Shown: piece after piece, positions 1-8,809 of the stretch
Numbering within the stretch: the first letter of the stretch is position 1
How the letters are laid out: each line of letters starts with the position of its first letter
From: a virus
Virus record (IMG/VR): IMGVR_UViG_3300027759_000073
Location: 14,559 to 78,558 of that record
Length of the DNA: 64,000 nucleotides
Reading direction: 5' to 3' (one strand)
Notes under the pieces: model-generated
The model's input: only the letters and a program-made list of their open reading frames with translations
What the model was told of the DNA's origin: nothing
Database searches by the model: none
Made by a program: the position numbers and the translations under genes

Positions 1-3000
1 TGGCATTGCTTCTTGTGTTGGAAGACCGAGAGTTGCAAGTGGGTCAGTCTGGTTTCCAGTCCATGTTCTTGCAATGTCATTTGGCTTAAAACCAATGTCA
101 GCAAGTTGTTTCATTGCCTCTTCTTTTGTCACTTTTCCATTTTTGGTAAGTGCATCTATTGCTTGTGTGTACTGCTTAGTCATGTACTCCGCTGCTTTTT
201 GCGGAGCATTTTCATCACCACTCGCCATAATTATGTTGGCTACATTCATTGACTCTTCAGTAAACTTAATTAAGTCTTCGTATGCTTTGCCCTGCTTTCC
301 AGAAAAGCCAACCGTTCCTCCAGATTCTTTAAGGCTGTCGCGTAGGTCAACTGTTGCGTTGTTGGCATCAATTTGTGCTTCAACAAAATTCTTTGATAGA
401 CCAGCAACTGCCTCTTGTCCTTTTTCATAGTTTTTAATTGCTGCTGTTGCTGCATCAAATGCATCAACTTGGTCTTGGATTGCTGGGTTAAGACCGTTTT
501 CGAACTCGGTCATTACATCGTATCCAGCATTTTGAACTGCATAAAGAGCAGCCTCGTTGGCGCCAAGCGCGACTTCGTTCTCCAAAAGAACCTTTGAAAA
601 ACCCTGCATCTGTTCTGTTGGACTTGCATCTTTTAGTCGAAGCATTTCCTGCTGAACATCATGAACTAACTGTGCATTTTCTTGAGCGCCTAGATTAAGT
701 GGTCCAAACATTGCTGCAAGGGCATCAGTATTACTTGCTTGCGTAAGTATTTTTGCAAAACCACCTTCAACAATGTCAAACTTAACTCCAGTATCTCCTG
801 CAGCAGAGTTAAGTTGTTCAAATATTGCCTTTGTTGCTATGACGCCAAGTGTTGAGTTTTGTGCTGCTGCACCCAATTGCTTAAACGGTTCTGCAAGCAT
901 TCCTATAGATGAAGCAAATCCCATAACATCTGATGTTCTATTGAACTGAGCAGATATATTCTTTCCGATTTTTTGAGAGAAGTTTGCTACTTCTTTGTCT
1001 TTTCCTGCATCTGTTAATTGTTTTATATATTCGGTAGCAAATTCAAGACCAGAATCAGTACCAGCATCTTTTGCTGCTGTTCCTGCAGTGCCAAAATCTG
1101 GAAGTAAATCTTTTTGGAATTTCTTCTGCTGCCTTTGAGCGCCAGCAATTGCTAACCCAGCAGCAAATAGCCCAGTAGCATCTTTGCCATAATCCTCACC
1201 TTGCTTCTTAAGTATGTTTGCTGATTCACCTATACCAATGTTAAATACACCAGTTAATTTTTCAGCAAATTTAGCCTTTGCATCTTCATCTGCAAAGTCC
1301 ATAGTTCCAAGGATTGCGGCAGCAAGATTTACTTTTTGGTCAGTTGTTCCAGACTGTATATTTTTGATTGCGTCTTTTGCGCCATATAATGCCTTATCAA
1401 CAGCATCAATTGTTTCTTTGCTTAATTCTTCTGCTGTTTTACCAGCATCTTTTGAATCTAGGGTTACAGCAATATTGATTCCAGTTGCAGCATAGGTTGC
1501 AGTTGTCTCAAGAAGGCTATTAATATCCTCAAGAGATTGCCTTGGTGCTTCCATTCCACCACCAAAACCACTGCCAATAAGACCAAATGATGTTGCAAGA
1601 GTGTAAGCAAGCGCTGCAATTCCAACTATCATTGGCAGTGTAGCCATCAAAGACTTACCAAAACTTTCAACAGCGAACTGTTTTTCAATCCAACTTAATG
1701 CTTCTGCCTCGTTTGCAAATGTTTGACCAGTGGTTTTACCAATCATCATTTGTGTTATCGCAGCGCCTCTTGCTTTTGTAACATGGTTTCGTAAAATTGC
1801 CATTGTTTCTTCGTCGGTGATTAAGGTTCCACCAGCAGTAGCAACGGCAAGTTCTGTTTCTAGCGCGGTCTGTTGAGTTGTCGACATTCCTAAAATTTTG
1901 TAGGCGTTAGCATTCATTGTTGCAGCCATTCCAGCCTGCTGCATTGCCGCGTTATGACCTCGAACTCCCATTGTGAGGCCGCGGGTAACAATTTGTGCAT
2001 GTCCAAATAAACGAACAAGTGACGAAACTCTAGTAAATAAGAATAAACTTGCTCTTGTAAAAATAGTGAATGCCGCAATGGCCATCAATGCGCCTTTAGC
2101 AAGTTTATTAAAAAATCCACTTGCGGTGGCAAATCTTAATAGTGTTTCTGCAACACGGGCAATTGCTCCACCCATTGCCATTAGTCCAGTAACTGTTGGC
2201 ATAATTGCATCACCAAGACGAATCAATGCTGCTTGAGACTCTGCCGCTGCTTTCTTAAACTTATAATCAGCAGTCTTTGTATAAGCCTGGAATGCTAAGT
2301 CTGCATCTCCAGTTGCATTATTCAAGTTTTCAAAGATTTGCCTGTTGGATTCAAGGTTTGGTCCTAGCAACGAGAAGACTGCTGTAAGTGCGCGCACATT
2401 ACCGAATACCTTTGTTAAACCTTCGGAAGCAACTTGTGTATCTGTTCCTCCAAGTTTGGTATTCAAATAACTTAAAGCATTCAGCAAACCGTCTTTTTGA
2501 ATCTTGTCACGAAGTTCTTCTGCCGATGTTCCAGCAGCATGCATTGTTTCTGCTGCTGCTTTTGATGGCTTAAGTAGTTGTGAGAGAACCTGACGCAAGT
2601 AAATAGCAGATGTTCCAGCGCTCGCACCACCACGGGTCAAGGCAGCAACACCAGCGGAGACATCTTCAAACGAAGCACCGAATGCAGCAGCAATTGGGAG
2701 TACCTTGCCAAGTGCTGGAGCAAATTGGTCTGCTTCTGCTTTACCTTCTCGTACAGTTGCAACGAGAATGTCATTGGCTTTTGCAGCAGAGTATGTACCG
2801 TTACCATAGGCGTTAAGAATCGATGTAAGGGCGTCAGCAACTACTTTTGTTTCACCAAGTCCAGCAGCAGCAGATTCAGCAGACTCTCTCAAAACCTCAA
2901 GTGCTCTTTGACCTTTAATACCAGCAGATGTAATAAAGTATAATGCATCTGCAAGTTCAACTGGCCCTTTTGAACTTGCTGCACCAAGTGCAAGAATTTC

Positions 3001-3327
3001 ATCTTTATAAACTTTTACCTGCTGTGCGCTAATTCCTACCAGACCTCTAATTTGAGCCATAGAGACTTCAAATTGCCTTGACATTTGAATTGCCTGTTTT
3101 CCAGCATTAACAAGTTCGCCAATTACCGCGTACTTAACTAGTGATGCTGTTTGACGCATTGCGTCACCCATCATTCTGATTGGGACAGTGCTGGCTGCTA
3201 CCGACCTAGCCATTCCCGTTGCACCAGCACCAACTGATGAAACAGCACTTCTTGCCGCGGCAGCACCAGTGGTACTAATGGCAATGCGAACATTAATTGG
3301 GGGGAGGCCGCCACCAGCGTTAGACAT
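1..3327 (-). CDS. Tail tape measure protein (TP901-like core), 3' end beyond window
   Basis: Absent from the ORF track because there is no stop in the window. ATG at 3327 reads MSNAGGGLPPINVRIAISTTGAAAARSAVSSVG...FEVSMAQIRGLVG...PVELADALYFITSAG...AKANDILVATVREGKAEADQFAPALGKVLPIAAAFG. Ala/Gly-rich; follows major tail and chaperone genes. Confidence 0.93.
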   Translation of the reverse strand, partial: MSNAGGGLPPINVRIAISTTGAAAARSAVSSVGAGATGMARSVAASTVPIRMMGDAMRQTASLVKYAVIGELVNAGKQAIQMSRQFEVSMAQIRGLVGISAQQVKVYKDEILALGAASSKGPVELADALYFITSAGIKGQRALEVLRESAESAAAGLGETKVVADALTSILNAYGNGTYSAAKANDILVATVREGKAEADQFAPALGKVLPIAAAFGASFEDVSAGVAALTRGGASAGTSAIYLRQVLSQLLKPSKAAAETMHAAGTSAEELRDKIQKDGLLNALSYLNTKLGGTDTQVASEGLTKVFGNVRALTAVFSLLGPNLESNRQIFENLNNATGDADLAFQAYTKTADYKFKKAAAESQAALIRLGDAIMPTVTGLMAMGGAIARVAETLLRFATASGFFNKLAKGALMAIAAFTIFTRASLFLFTRVSSLVRLFGHAQIVTRGLTMGVRGHNAAMQQAGMAATMNANAYKILGMSTTQQTALETELAVATAGGTLITDEETMAILRNHVTKARGAAITQMMIGKTTGQTFANEAEALSWIEKQFAVESFGKSLMATLPMIVGIAALAYTLATSFGLIGSGFGGGMEAPRQSLEDINSLLETTATYAATGINIAVTLDSKDAGKTAEELSKETIDAVDKALYGAKDAIKNIQSGTTDQKVNLAAAILGTMDFADEDAKAKFAEKLTGVFNIGIGESANILKKQGEDYGKDATGLFAAGLAIAGAQRQQKKFQKDLLPDFGTAGTAAKDAGTDSGLEFATEYIKQLTDAGKDKEVANFSQKIGKNISAQFNRTSDVMGFASSIGMLAEPFKQLGAAAQNSTLGVIATKAIFEQLNSAAGDTGVKFDIVEGGFAKILTQASNTDALAAMFGPLNLGAQENAQLVHDVQQEMLRLKDASPTEQMQGFSKVLLENEVALGANEAALYAVQNAGYDVMTEFENGLNPAIQDQVDAFDAATAAIKNYEKGQEAVAGLSKNFVEAQIDANNATVDLRDSLKESGGTVGFSGKQGKAYEDLIKFTEESMNVANIIMASGDENAPQKAAEYMTKQYTQAIDALTKNGKVTKEEAMKQLADIGFKPNDIARTWTGNQTDPLATLGLPTQEAMP

Positions 3328-3394
3328 AAAACTATTTTTTCACACTATTTAACTCCGCGCAAACGAAATTAGTATAAATGCAAATTACAAACGA

Positions 3395-3685
3395 CTAACC
3401 TGTTGCTAGTCCCATAGATTTAGCAAAGTTCATAATGTCGCTAGTGCCAGCCTTTTGCTTCATGAATCCCATGCCCTCAAAGACTGCGCCTACTTGTGCT
3501 GGGCTTAGTTCCCAGAACTCTTCGTACGGGCGGCCCGTTTGGGACCAGGTGGTGTACCACTGTCTCCAGGGGAGTCGTTCTGGAATTCCACCACTGACAT
3601 TGCCTGCTCTAGCACTCTTTTGTTTTCTTCGGCGAGCAGGGCGCTTTGTCGGAGCATCTTGCCCGCCACGGTCGGGTCCACGCCA
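3395..3685 (-). CDS. Tail chaperone T-segment (-1 frame extension, no own start)
   Basis: 97-codon open frame overlapping the chaperone 3' end: ...GIPERLPWRQWYTTWSQTGRPYEEFWELSPAQVGAVFEGMG...LATG*. Resembles GT C-termini. Confidence 0.7.
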   Translation of the reverse strand, partial: WRGPDRGGQDAPTKRPARRRKQKSARAGNVSGGIPERLPWRQWYTTWSQTGRPYEEFWELSPAQVGAVFEGMGFMKQKAGTSDIMNFAKSMGLATG

Positions 3686-4032
3686 TTAGCAATTGCCCAT
3701 GCAACGCTCACCACATTTGAGTAGATTACCGTTTGTCCTTCAAGCATTGCTTCACCGACTTCGGTGTTATTGCGCTTGAGCGCATATGCAAGACTTTGTC
3801 GAAGTGTTGAAACTGGCATCTTTTCAAGATTCTGTTGCCATGCCTCAAGGCCGCCCCAATGCTCTTCAATATCTGCAATAACATTGTTCGTAAACCTAAC
3901 AAACACTGTTTCTTTTAGTACTTCCCCAACTTCATCGTATTCGCGCTCATATACATCAGAGCCAATGCTTTTGACTTTTGCAAGTTCTACTGGGATACCT
4001 TTATTTTTTAAAACAATTGGTGTGTAATCCAT
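3505..4032 (-). CDS. Tail assembly chaperone (G-like)
   Basis: Lies between major tail and tape measure genes. Likely start MDYTPIV at 4032, 7 nt after a TGTGTATAGT -10 element (leaderless). Confidence 0.8.
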   Translation of the reverse strand: MDYTPIVLKNKGIPVELAKVKSIGSDVYEREYDEVGEVLKETVFVRFTNNVIADIEEHWGGLEAWQQNLEKMPVSTLRQSLAYALKRNNTEVGEAMLEGQTVIYSNVVSVAWAIANGVDPTVAGKMLRQSALLAEENKRVLEQAMSVVEFQNDSPGDSGTPPGPKRAARTKSSGN

Positions 4033-4065
4033 GCGGGTAACTATACACACTATTCGGGTATAAAG

Positions 4066-4093
4066 CAAACGACGGCCCGAAGGCCGTCGTTTG
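4066..4093 (-). terminator. Hairpin terminator after major tail gene
   Basis: CAAACGACGGCC-TTCG-GGCCGTCGTTTG on the minus strand: 12-bp stem with cUUCGg tetraloop. Confidence 0.8.
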
Positions 4094-4120
4094 TCCCAAG
4101 GAGGAGTTAGATTAAATTAA

Positions 4121-4678
4121 TTAAGCGCTAAGGCCAGATGTGCCTTCGCGGAACTGTACGGTTCCGAAGCCAACGCCAGTTGCGATTGGGAGAATCGCTT
4201 CTGCGTCAAATGATGGGGTTCCGAAGTTGTCGGTCGAACCTGACATAATCGTTCCACCAGTTACTTGGCACTTAGCAAGTGCGAATACCAACTCTGAAAG
4301 TTCTGATTCAAGGTCATTGACCAAGAATTCAACCTTGAAGTAAGGAAGGCTTCCACCATCAAAGGTGTAAGTTGCGGTCTCGGTTGAACCCGAACCTGCA
4401 GCGGTAACCGAACCACCGAAGATGGTCTTGAGCACTTCAAGGCTCAACTCTGCATAAGTTGCAGAGAAGTTAAGACGGTCGATTTTGCCCTTCTTGGCAA
4501 GAACCTTTCCGTCACCCTTAAGTTCTACGGTAACAAAGTTTGGCTCAACAGATACTTCCTGAATACCAGGAACATCAATTGCTGCGCCGTATGTAATGCC
4601 ACCAGAGACATCGGTGCTAACTGGATACACCTTGCAATCTTGGACATCGAATGTAATTGTGGACTGACTTGCGGCCAT
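4121..4678 (-). CDS. Major tail protein
   Basis: 185 aa, beta-rich (IDVPGIQEVSVEP, ELKGDG, NFSATYAELSLE); GGAG RBS; followed by terminator and chaperone. Confidence 0.85.
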   Translation of the reverse strand: MAASQSTITFDVQDCKVYPVSTDVSGGITYGAAIDVPGIQEVSVEPNFVTVELKGDGKVLAKKGKIDRLNFSATYAELSLEVLKTIFGGSVTAAGSGSTETATYTFDGGSLPYFKVEFLVNDLESELSELVFALAKCQVTGGTIMSGSTDNFGTPSFDAEAILPIATGVGFGTVQFREGTSGLSA

Positions 4679-4787
4679 TTCTGGACTCCTTTTTCCTTGT
4701 TCTATGGATAATTGTACTGATTTGTCTGTTTAAGTGTGCGAGGGTATGGACGAAATAATACTATATTTTCAGCCCATACCCAGACAC

Positions 4788-5360
4788 TTACGCCTGTGGT
4801 GGATTAGCCGCTTCGTAGTCCAGAACAGCCTGTGGCATTGCCTTACCTTCGGTAAAGCGAATGTGCCAAGGTTCTGCGCCTGGGTTTTCAACTACCTCGT
4901 GGCTGAATCCAAACTTCTGCTCATTAGCAAGCAACCAAGCAAGGATTTTGCCGTTTGCGTTCGCAATATCAATAGCAATTCCAAGCATGTGGCGTGAGCA
5001 GGTTTTGGCATCATCGTTTGGTGCAGCAAGAGGAGCATTGCCCTTCTTCAGATACCACTTCTCACCGTTCCAGGTGCGTGTTGAGGCATCTGGAATTAAC
5101 TCCTTTTGGTATCTGGTGAGGAAGCCTTTTTTCTGGGTCTCGATACTGCGGAATGTGTCGCCGCTGCTAGTCGGAGCCAACTTGATTCCTTCTGCTGCTG
5201 CGGCTGCTTTCATTGCTTCAAAAGCGCGCGCTGCACAGTGGTGCATTTGACCACCAACAGACAACTTGCGAAGCATCGCAGGAGTAATCTGGCTTGGCTT
5301 CTTGCCTTCCAAATGTTCGCAGTATTTAACTGGTACTACTGGCCAACTTTCCTTTGCCAT
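4788..5360 (-). CDS. Endolysin, M15 (VanY-like) Zn peptidase
   Basis: Motifs FRSIETQ, SRHxxGxAID and EPWH of LAS/M15B peptidases. Confidence 0.88.
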   Translation of the reverse strand: MAKESWPVVPVKYCEHLEGKKPSQITPAMLRKLSVGGQMHHCAARAFEAMKAAAAAEGIKLAPTSSGDTFRSIETQKKGFLTRYQKELIPDASTRTWNGEKWYLKKGNAPLAAPNDDAKTCSRHMLGIAIDIANANGKILAWLLANEQKFGFSHEVVENPGAEPWHIRFTEGKAMPQAVLDYEAANPPQA

Positions 5361-5566
5361 TATTTCTTTGCCTCTTGCTTTGCTGCGAAGAATGATGCAA
5401 CGGTTGGGTCACCAATCTTTGTTGATGCCATTGCGAGAACTGCTGCTACTAGTGGCATTGCAAGTGCGGTGAGCATTGGGTCAATGCTGTACTTATCACA
5501 CAAGTAAACAACGACGCCCATTGCGCCACCCTTTGCGATTCCGTCTGCTGCTGTTGTTGCTTTCAT
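5360..5566 (-). CDS. Putative holin
   Basis: 68 aa, hydrophobic segments and basic C-terminus; overlaps the endolysin start. Confidence 0.6.
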   Translation of the reverse strand: MKATTAADGIAKGGAMGVVVYLCDKYSIDPMLTALAMPLVAAVLAMASTKIGDPTVASFFAAKQEAKK

Positions 5567-5624
5567 GATTGCTCCTTTTAACTCGGTTGCCCAAAGTCTT
5601 GTCGAAGCAAGGTGTATATATAGG

Positions 5625-7778
5625 CTATGGCTTTGTTTTAGCGTAAAGCCTTTTCATTAAGTCACCGACAACGCTTGCTTGTTGGACTTCATCACCTTCA
5701 GTAACTGCGTCAACAACTGCTCGTTTTGCATCAATCAAATCGTAGATATCTTCATCAATTGTATTTACTCCAATTAAGTACCATGCTTGGACACTGTTTT
5801 GCTGTCCGATTCGGTGACATCTATCTTCTGCTTGGTCATGCTCGCCAGGAGTCCATCCTTGTTGGACAAAACAAACATCGGAGCCAGCCGTAAGAGTAAG
5901 ACCAACTCCACCAGCCTGAAGGTTGAGAACAATAACTCTTGCTTTTGGGTCTTTCTGAAAAGAGTCAACGGCATGCTGCCTATCTTCCATTGAGTCCTGC
6001 CCGCTAACACGAAGGTTTCCGTACTTACAAGCGAGGTAATCAACGATGGCGACATTGTGTGCAAACACAACAAGTTTTCTATCGCATGATTCCAAGAATG
6101 AATCAATCCATTCAATTACTGATTCCATCTTTGCGTCAGCAGCAAGACGCTTTAAAACTGTAGTTCTGCGCAAGTGCTCTGCTGTATCTGAAGAGCGGTA
6201 TCCATTCTCTGCAAGGAATGCAAGAAGGTCGCCTTCTGCTTTTCTGTACTCCACATATCCTTTTCCAGATGGCTCAACATGGACAACATTTCGTGTCTTT
6301 GCTGGAAGTTCTTTTAGCACTTCGTCTTTTGTTCTGCGGATGTAGCAGTTCTGGCGAAGTTTCATATTCAGTTCGTTGAGGTTTGAAGCGCCTTTAGTAT
6401 CCCAGCCAAATCCATTGTGGTAGGCATTTGTATATCGCTTCAGGAATGCCCACTTGCCACCGAAGCGACTAAGCATTCCCAGGATTTCTAATTGACTTAC
6501 AAGTTCTTCTGGTCTATTCGTAACTGGTGTTCCAGAGAGAAGCAATACTGTTCCAGATTGCGGAACCTTCTTTGCAATGTCGCGAACTGCTTCTGTGCGT
6601 TTTGTCTTGCTCGTCTTCACATAGTGAGACTCGTCAAGGACAAGACCCATTGGTTTTAGATGCATGATTGGCTCAACAAACCTGCCGATGATGTCGTAGT
6701 TCACGATATTCACATCAACATTGGCGATGTTGCCTTTACCGCTCAGAATATTGACCGTGCGGTGAGGAAGCCATTTGTTTATTTCACGCTTCCAGTTTTC
6801 TTTGAGCGAGGCTGGGCAGACAATGATTGCTGGGAACGCATCTCTGTATTCAAGTGCGGCAATCGCTTCTACGGTCTTACCGAGACCCATTTGGTCAGCA
6901 ATCAAACAGCGCCCAACCGAACTAGCATAAGCAACTCCAGCCTTTTGGTACGGCATTAGCGTCCCATTGAGAGTTGGGATATTTATATCTGCATCGGTAG
7001 ATGTTGACTGAACCAGTAGTTCTGTTGACTTCTTTGTGAGTTCAATAATCTTTTCGCGAACCGAATCCTCAACATCAAATTTATACTTATCAGCAAATTC
7101 AAGAACACCGATAGTTATCGGGGCAGTCCAATGCTTTTTCTTCATATCCCAAGTTCGCTGTGGGAGTTTTTTGACTTCTGTAATAATCTCTGAATCAAAC
7201 GGAAATTTAATTACAGCCATGCCGCGCTTGCTGATAGTCAGAGACTTTTCTGTGTCTTGAATTACTTCTGGCAATTGAGTTTGTGCTTCCTGCGAGACAT
7301 TGAATTGGTACTTAGATGCAAATTCTGCTACTTCCAGTTTAGCCGATTCTGGAGCAATCCAAACCGATGCAGCAGAATTCCAAACCACTCCAGTAATTTG
7401 TTTTAATTCCGAGGTCACTTGCTCGTCGTATTGACAGTGAATTATAAAATTATTATTTACTTTTGTAATTCTTCTGTCTACTTTTGAGCCATAGACGGAA
7501 TCCAGGTCTTGATGAATATCTGTATATGCGCGCTTTGGTGGTTTTATTTCATCATAGACATAGCCAAGTTTTCTTAATTGCTTTGAATACTTGGCAAGCA
7601 TTATCCATGCCGAATAAGCCATTGTTGGCGTCCAGTAAGATTCTGGAATTAGTGCTAATTGGGTGCCAATGCGGGAATCTGATTTATTAAATCCGACGCT
7701 GTCTTCAGTTACTGCGCCATCACACGAAAGGGCAATTGACCTTAGTGCTTCCGCCAGTTGCGAATATTCGCTTTCCAC
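5625..7778 (-). CDS. SNF2-family helicase (SMARCAL1/HARP-like)
   Basis: LMPYQ, ADQMGLGKT, DESH, SGTP, GGVGLTL and QAEDRCHRIGQ motifs; two N-terminal HARP-like repeats (W...W). Confidence 0.93.
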   Translation of the reverse strand: MESEYSQLAEALRSIALSCDGAVTEDSVGFNKSDSRIGTQLALIPESYWTPTMAYSAWIMLAKYSKQLRKLGYVYDEIKPPKRAYTDIHQDLDSVYGSKVDRRITKVNNNFIIHCQYDEQVTSELKQITGVVWNSAASVWIAPESAKLEVAEFASKYQFNVSQEAQTQLPEVIQDTEKSLTISKRGMAVIKFPFDSEIITEVKKLPQRTWDMKKKHWTAPITIGVLEFADKYKFDVEDSVREKIIELTKKSTELLVQSTSTDADINIPTLNGTLMPYQKAGVAYASSVGRCLIADQMGLGKTVEAIAALEYRDAFPAIIVCPASLKENWKREINKWLPHRTVNILSGKGNIANVDVNIVNYDIIGRFVEPIMHLKPMGLVLDESHYVKTSKTKRTEAVRDIAKKVPQSGTVLLLSGTPVTNRPEELVSQLEILGMLSRFGGKWAFLKRYTNAYHNGFGWDTKGASNLNELNMKLRQNCYIRRTKDEVLKELPAKTRNVVHVEPSGKGYVEYRKAEGDLLAFLAENGYRSSDTAEHLRRTTVLKRLAADAKMESVIEWIDSFLESCDRKLVVFAHNVAIVDYLACKYGNLRVSGQDSMEDRQHAVDSFQKDPKARVIVLNLQAGGVGLTLTAGSDVCFVQQGWTPGEHDQAEDRCHRIGQQNSVQAWYLIGVNTIDEDIYDLIDAKRAVVDAVTEGDEVQQASVVGDLMKRLYAKTKP

Positions 7779-7780
7779 GC

Positions 7781-8248
7781 CTACTCAAGAACTGAAATAG
7801 ATGACCAAAGAATAAGGTCATAAACTTCTGGAATTGCTTCAGTCTCTTCAGATTCTTTTTTGTGCTGGATAATTGCGTATGTCAATCGCGCAATTTCATC
7901 AAGGTAAGAAATCGTTTTATCTTCAGCAAGAAGAGTTTTTACCTGAGAAAGGCGCTCGCTGATTCCGTTACGGTAGCGCTGGGACTTGCGATACCAAGTA
8001 TCAAACTTTTCTTTTTCATCAAGGTAATCCTTGTGAGAAACCACGCCAAGTTTTACATCTTGAGCCATCATGTTGACTCGCTCACGGTGATACATCGCGG
8101 ATGACTCGTAGTCAGACAATGCAGTTAGTAGTGACTGGCACCATGCCAAGCGATTTTCTGGCGCTTGCAACCACTCAATCTCTTCGGTTGAGGCATCGCC
8201 CTTGCATTCGCGCTTGGCAATGTCCATGATATTTTTTCTGTCGACCAT
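7781..8248 (-). CDS. Hypothetical protein
   Basis: 155 aa ORF with AGGAG RBS, coupled to the helicase. Confidence 0.7.
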   Translation of the reverse strand: MVDRKNIMDIAKRECKGDASTEEIEWLQAPENRLAWCQSLLTALSDYESSAMYHRERVNMMAQDVKLGVVSHKDYLDEKEKFDTWYRKSQRYRNGISERLSQVKTLLAEDKTISYLDEIARLTYAIIQHKKESEETEAIPEVYDLILWSSISVLE

Positions 8249-8293
8249 TATTTTTACTCCTATAGGTTTAAATCTTGACTTGCAGTATACCGC

Positions 8294-8307
8294 CGTGATA
8301 TATCACG
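8294..8307. promoter_or_regulatory. Palindrome CGTGATATATCACG just upstream of a minus-strand TATACT
   Basis: Perfect 14-bp palindrome. The core TGATATATCA recurs at 59367, 59394, 60551 and 63704. Confidence 0.5.
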
Positions 8308-8569
8308 CGGGGGCATTGGCTTTAAATTCTCCAACAGCGTGGTCGCGAATGTGCTCATCAATTTTTGCTTCTGTCCGCAGAGCGGTATTCTCAACTCTAT
8401 CAATTGAAATGCCAAGACTCTTGGCTACCGTTTCAATTTTGTCAACGACAAAGTTGTGGTCTGCTTTATTTTCTTCCCAGTTTTGTTTCGAAGCACGGCG
8501 ACCGTGTTCAAAATATGCAACAGTGACTAGACCGAATGTGCTAATCAGTGCTACATACACTTCGGTCAT
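8303..8569 (-). CDS. Small membrane protein (N-terminal TM plus coiled coil)
   Basis: MTEVYVALISTFGLVTVAYF followed by a helical charged region. Confidence 0.7.
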   Translation of the reverse strand: MTEVYVALISTFGLVTVAYFEHGRRASKQNWEENKADHNFVVDKIETVAKSLGISIDRVENTALRTEAKIDEHIRDHAVGEFKANAPA

Positions 8570-8742
8570 TACTCGTCATCTCCAGCACTAGTAGCAAATC
8601 CAATTACATGAACAACTAGGGCCGCGATTGACATATAGATTCCCCATTTTTGGGTATCTCCGCTGAGGGTAATCAAAACAAGACCAGTTCCAGCCAGGGT
8701 CCAGCCGAGTGACGATAGTTCTCCAATGATTTTTTTCAACAT
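8569..8742 (-). CDS. Small two-TM membrane protein (57 aa, not in ORF track)
   Basis: MLKKIIGELSSLGWTLAGTGLVLITLSGDTQKWGIYMSIAALVVHVIGFATSAGDDE*; AAGGA RBS; stop overlaps the next start. Confidence 0.7.
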   Translation of the reverse strand: MLKKIIGELSSLGWTLAGTGLVLITLSGDTQKWGIYMSIAALVVHVIGFATSAGDDE

Positions 8743-8809
8743 ATCTTGTCCTTGCCAACTAAGTACAGTTATTTTATTTAATCATTACTCGTGGTATAGG
8801 TAGAGTCGA

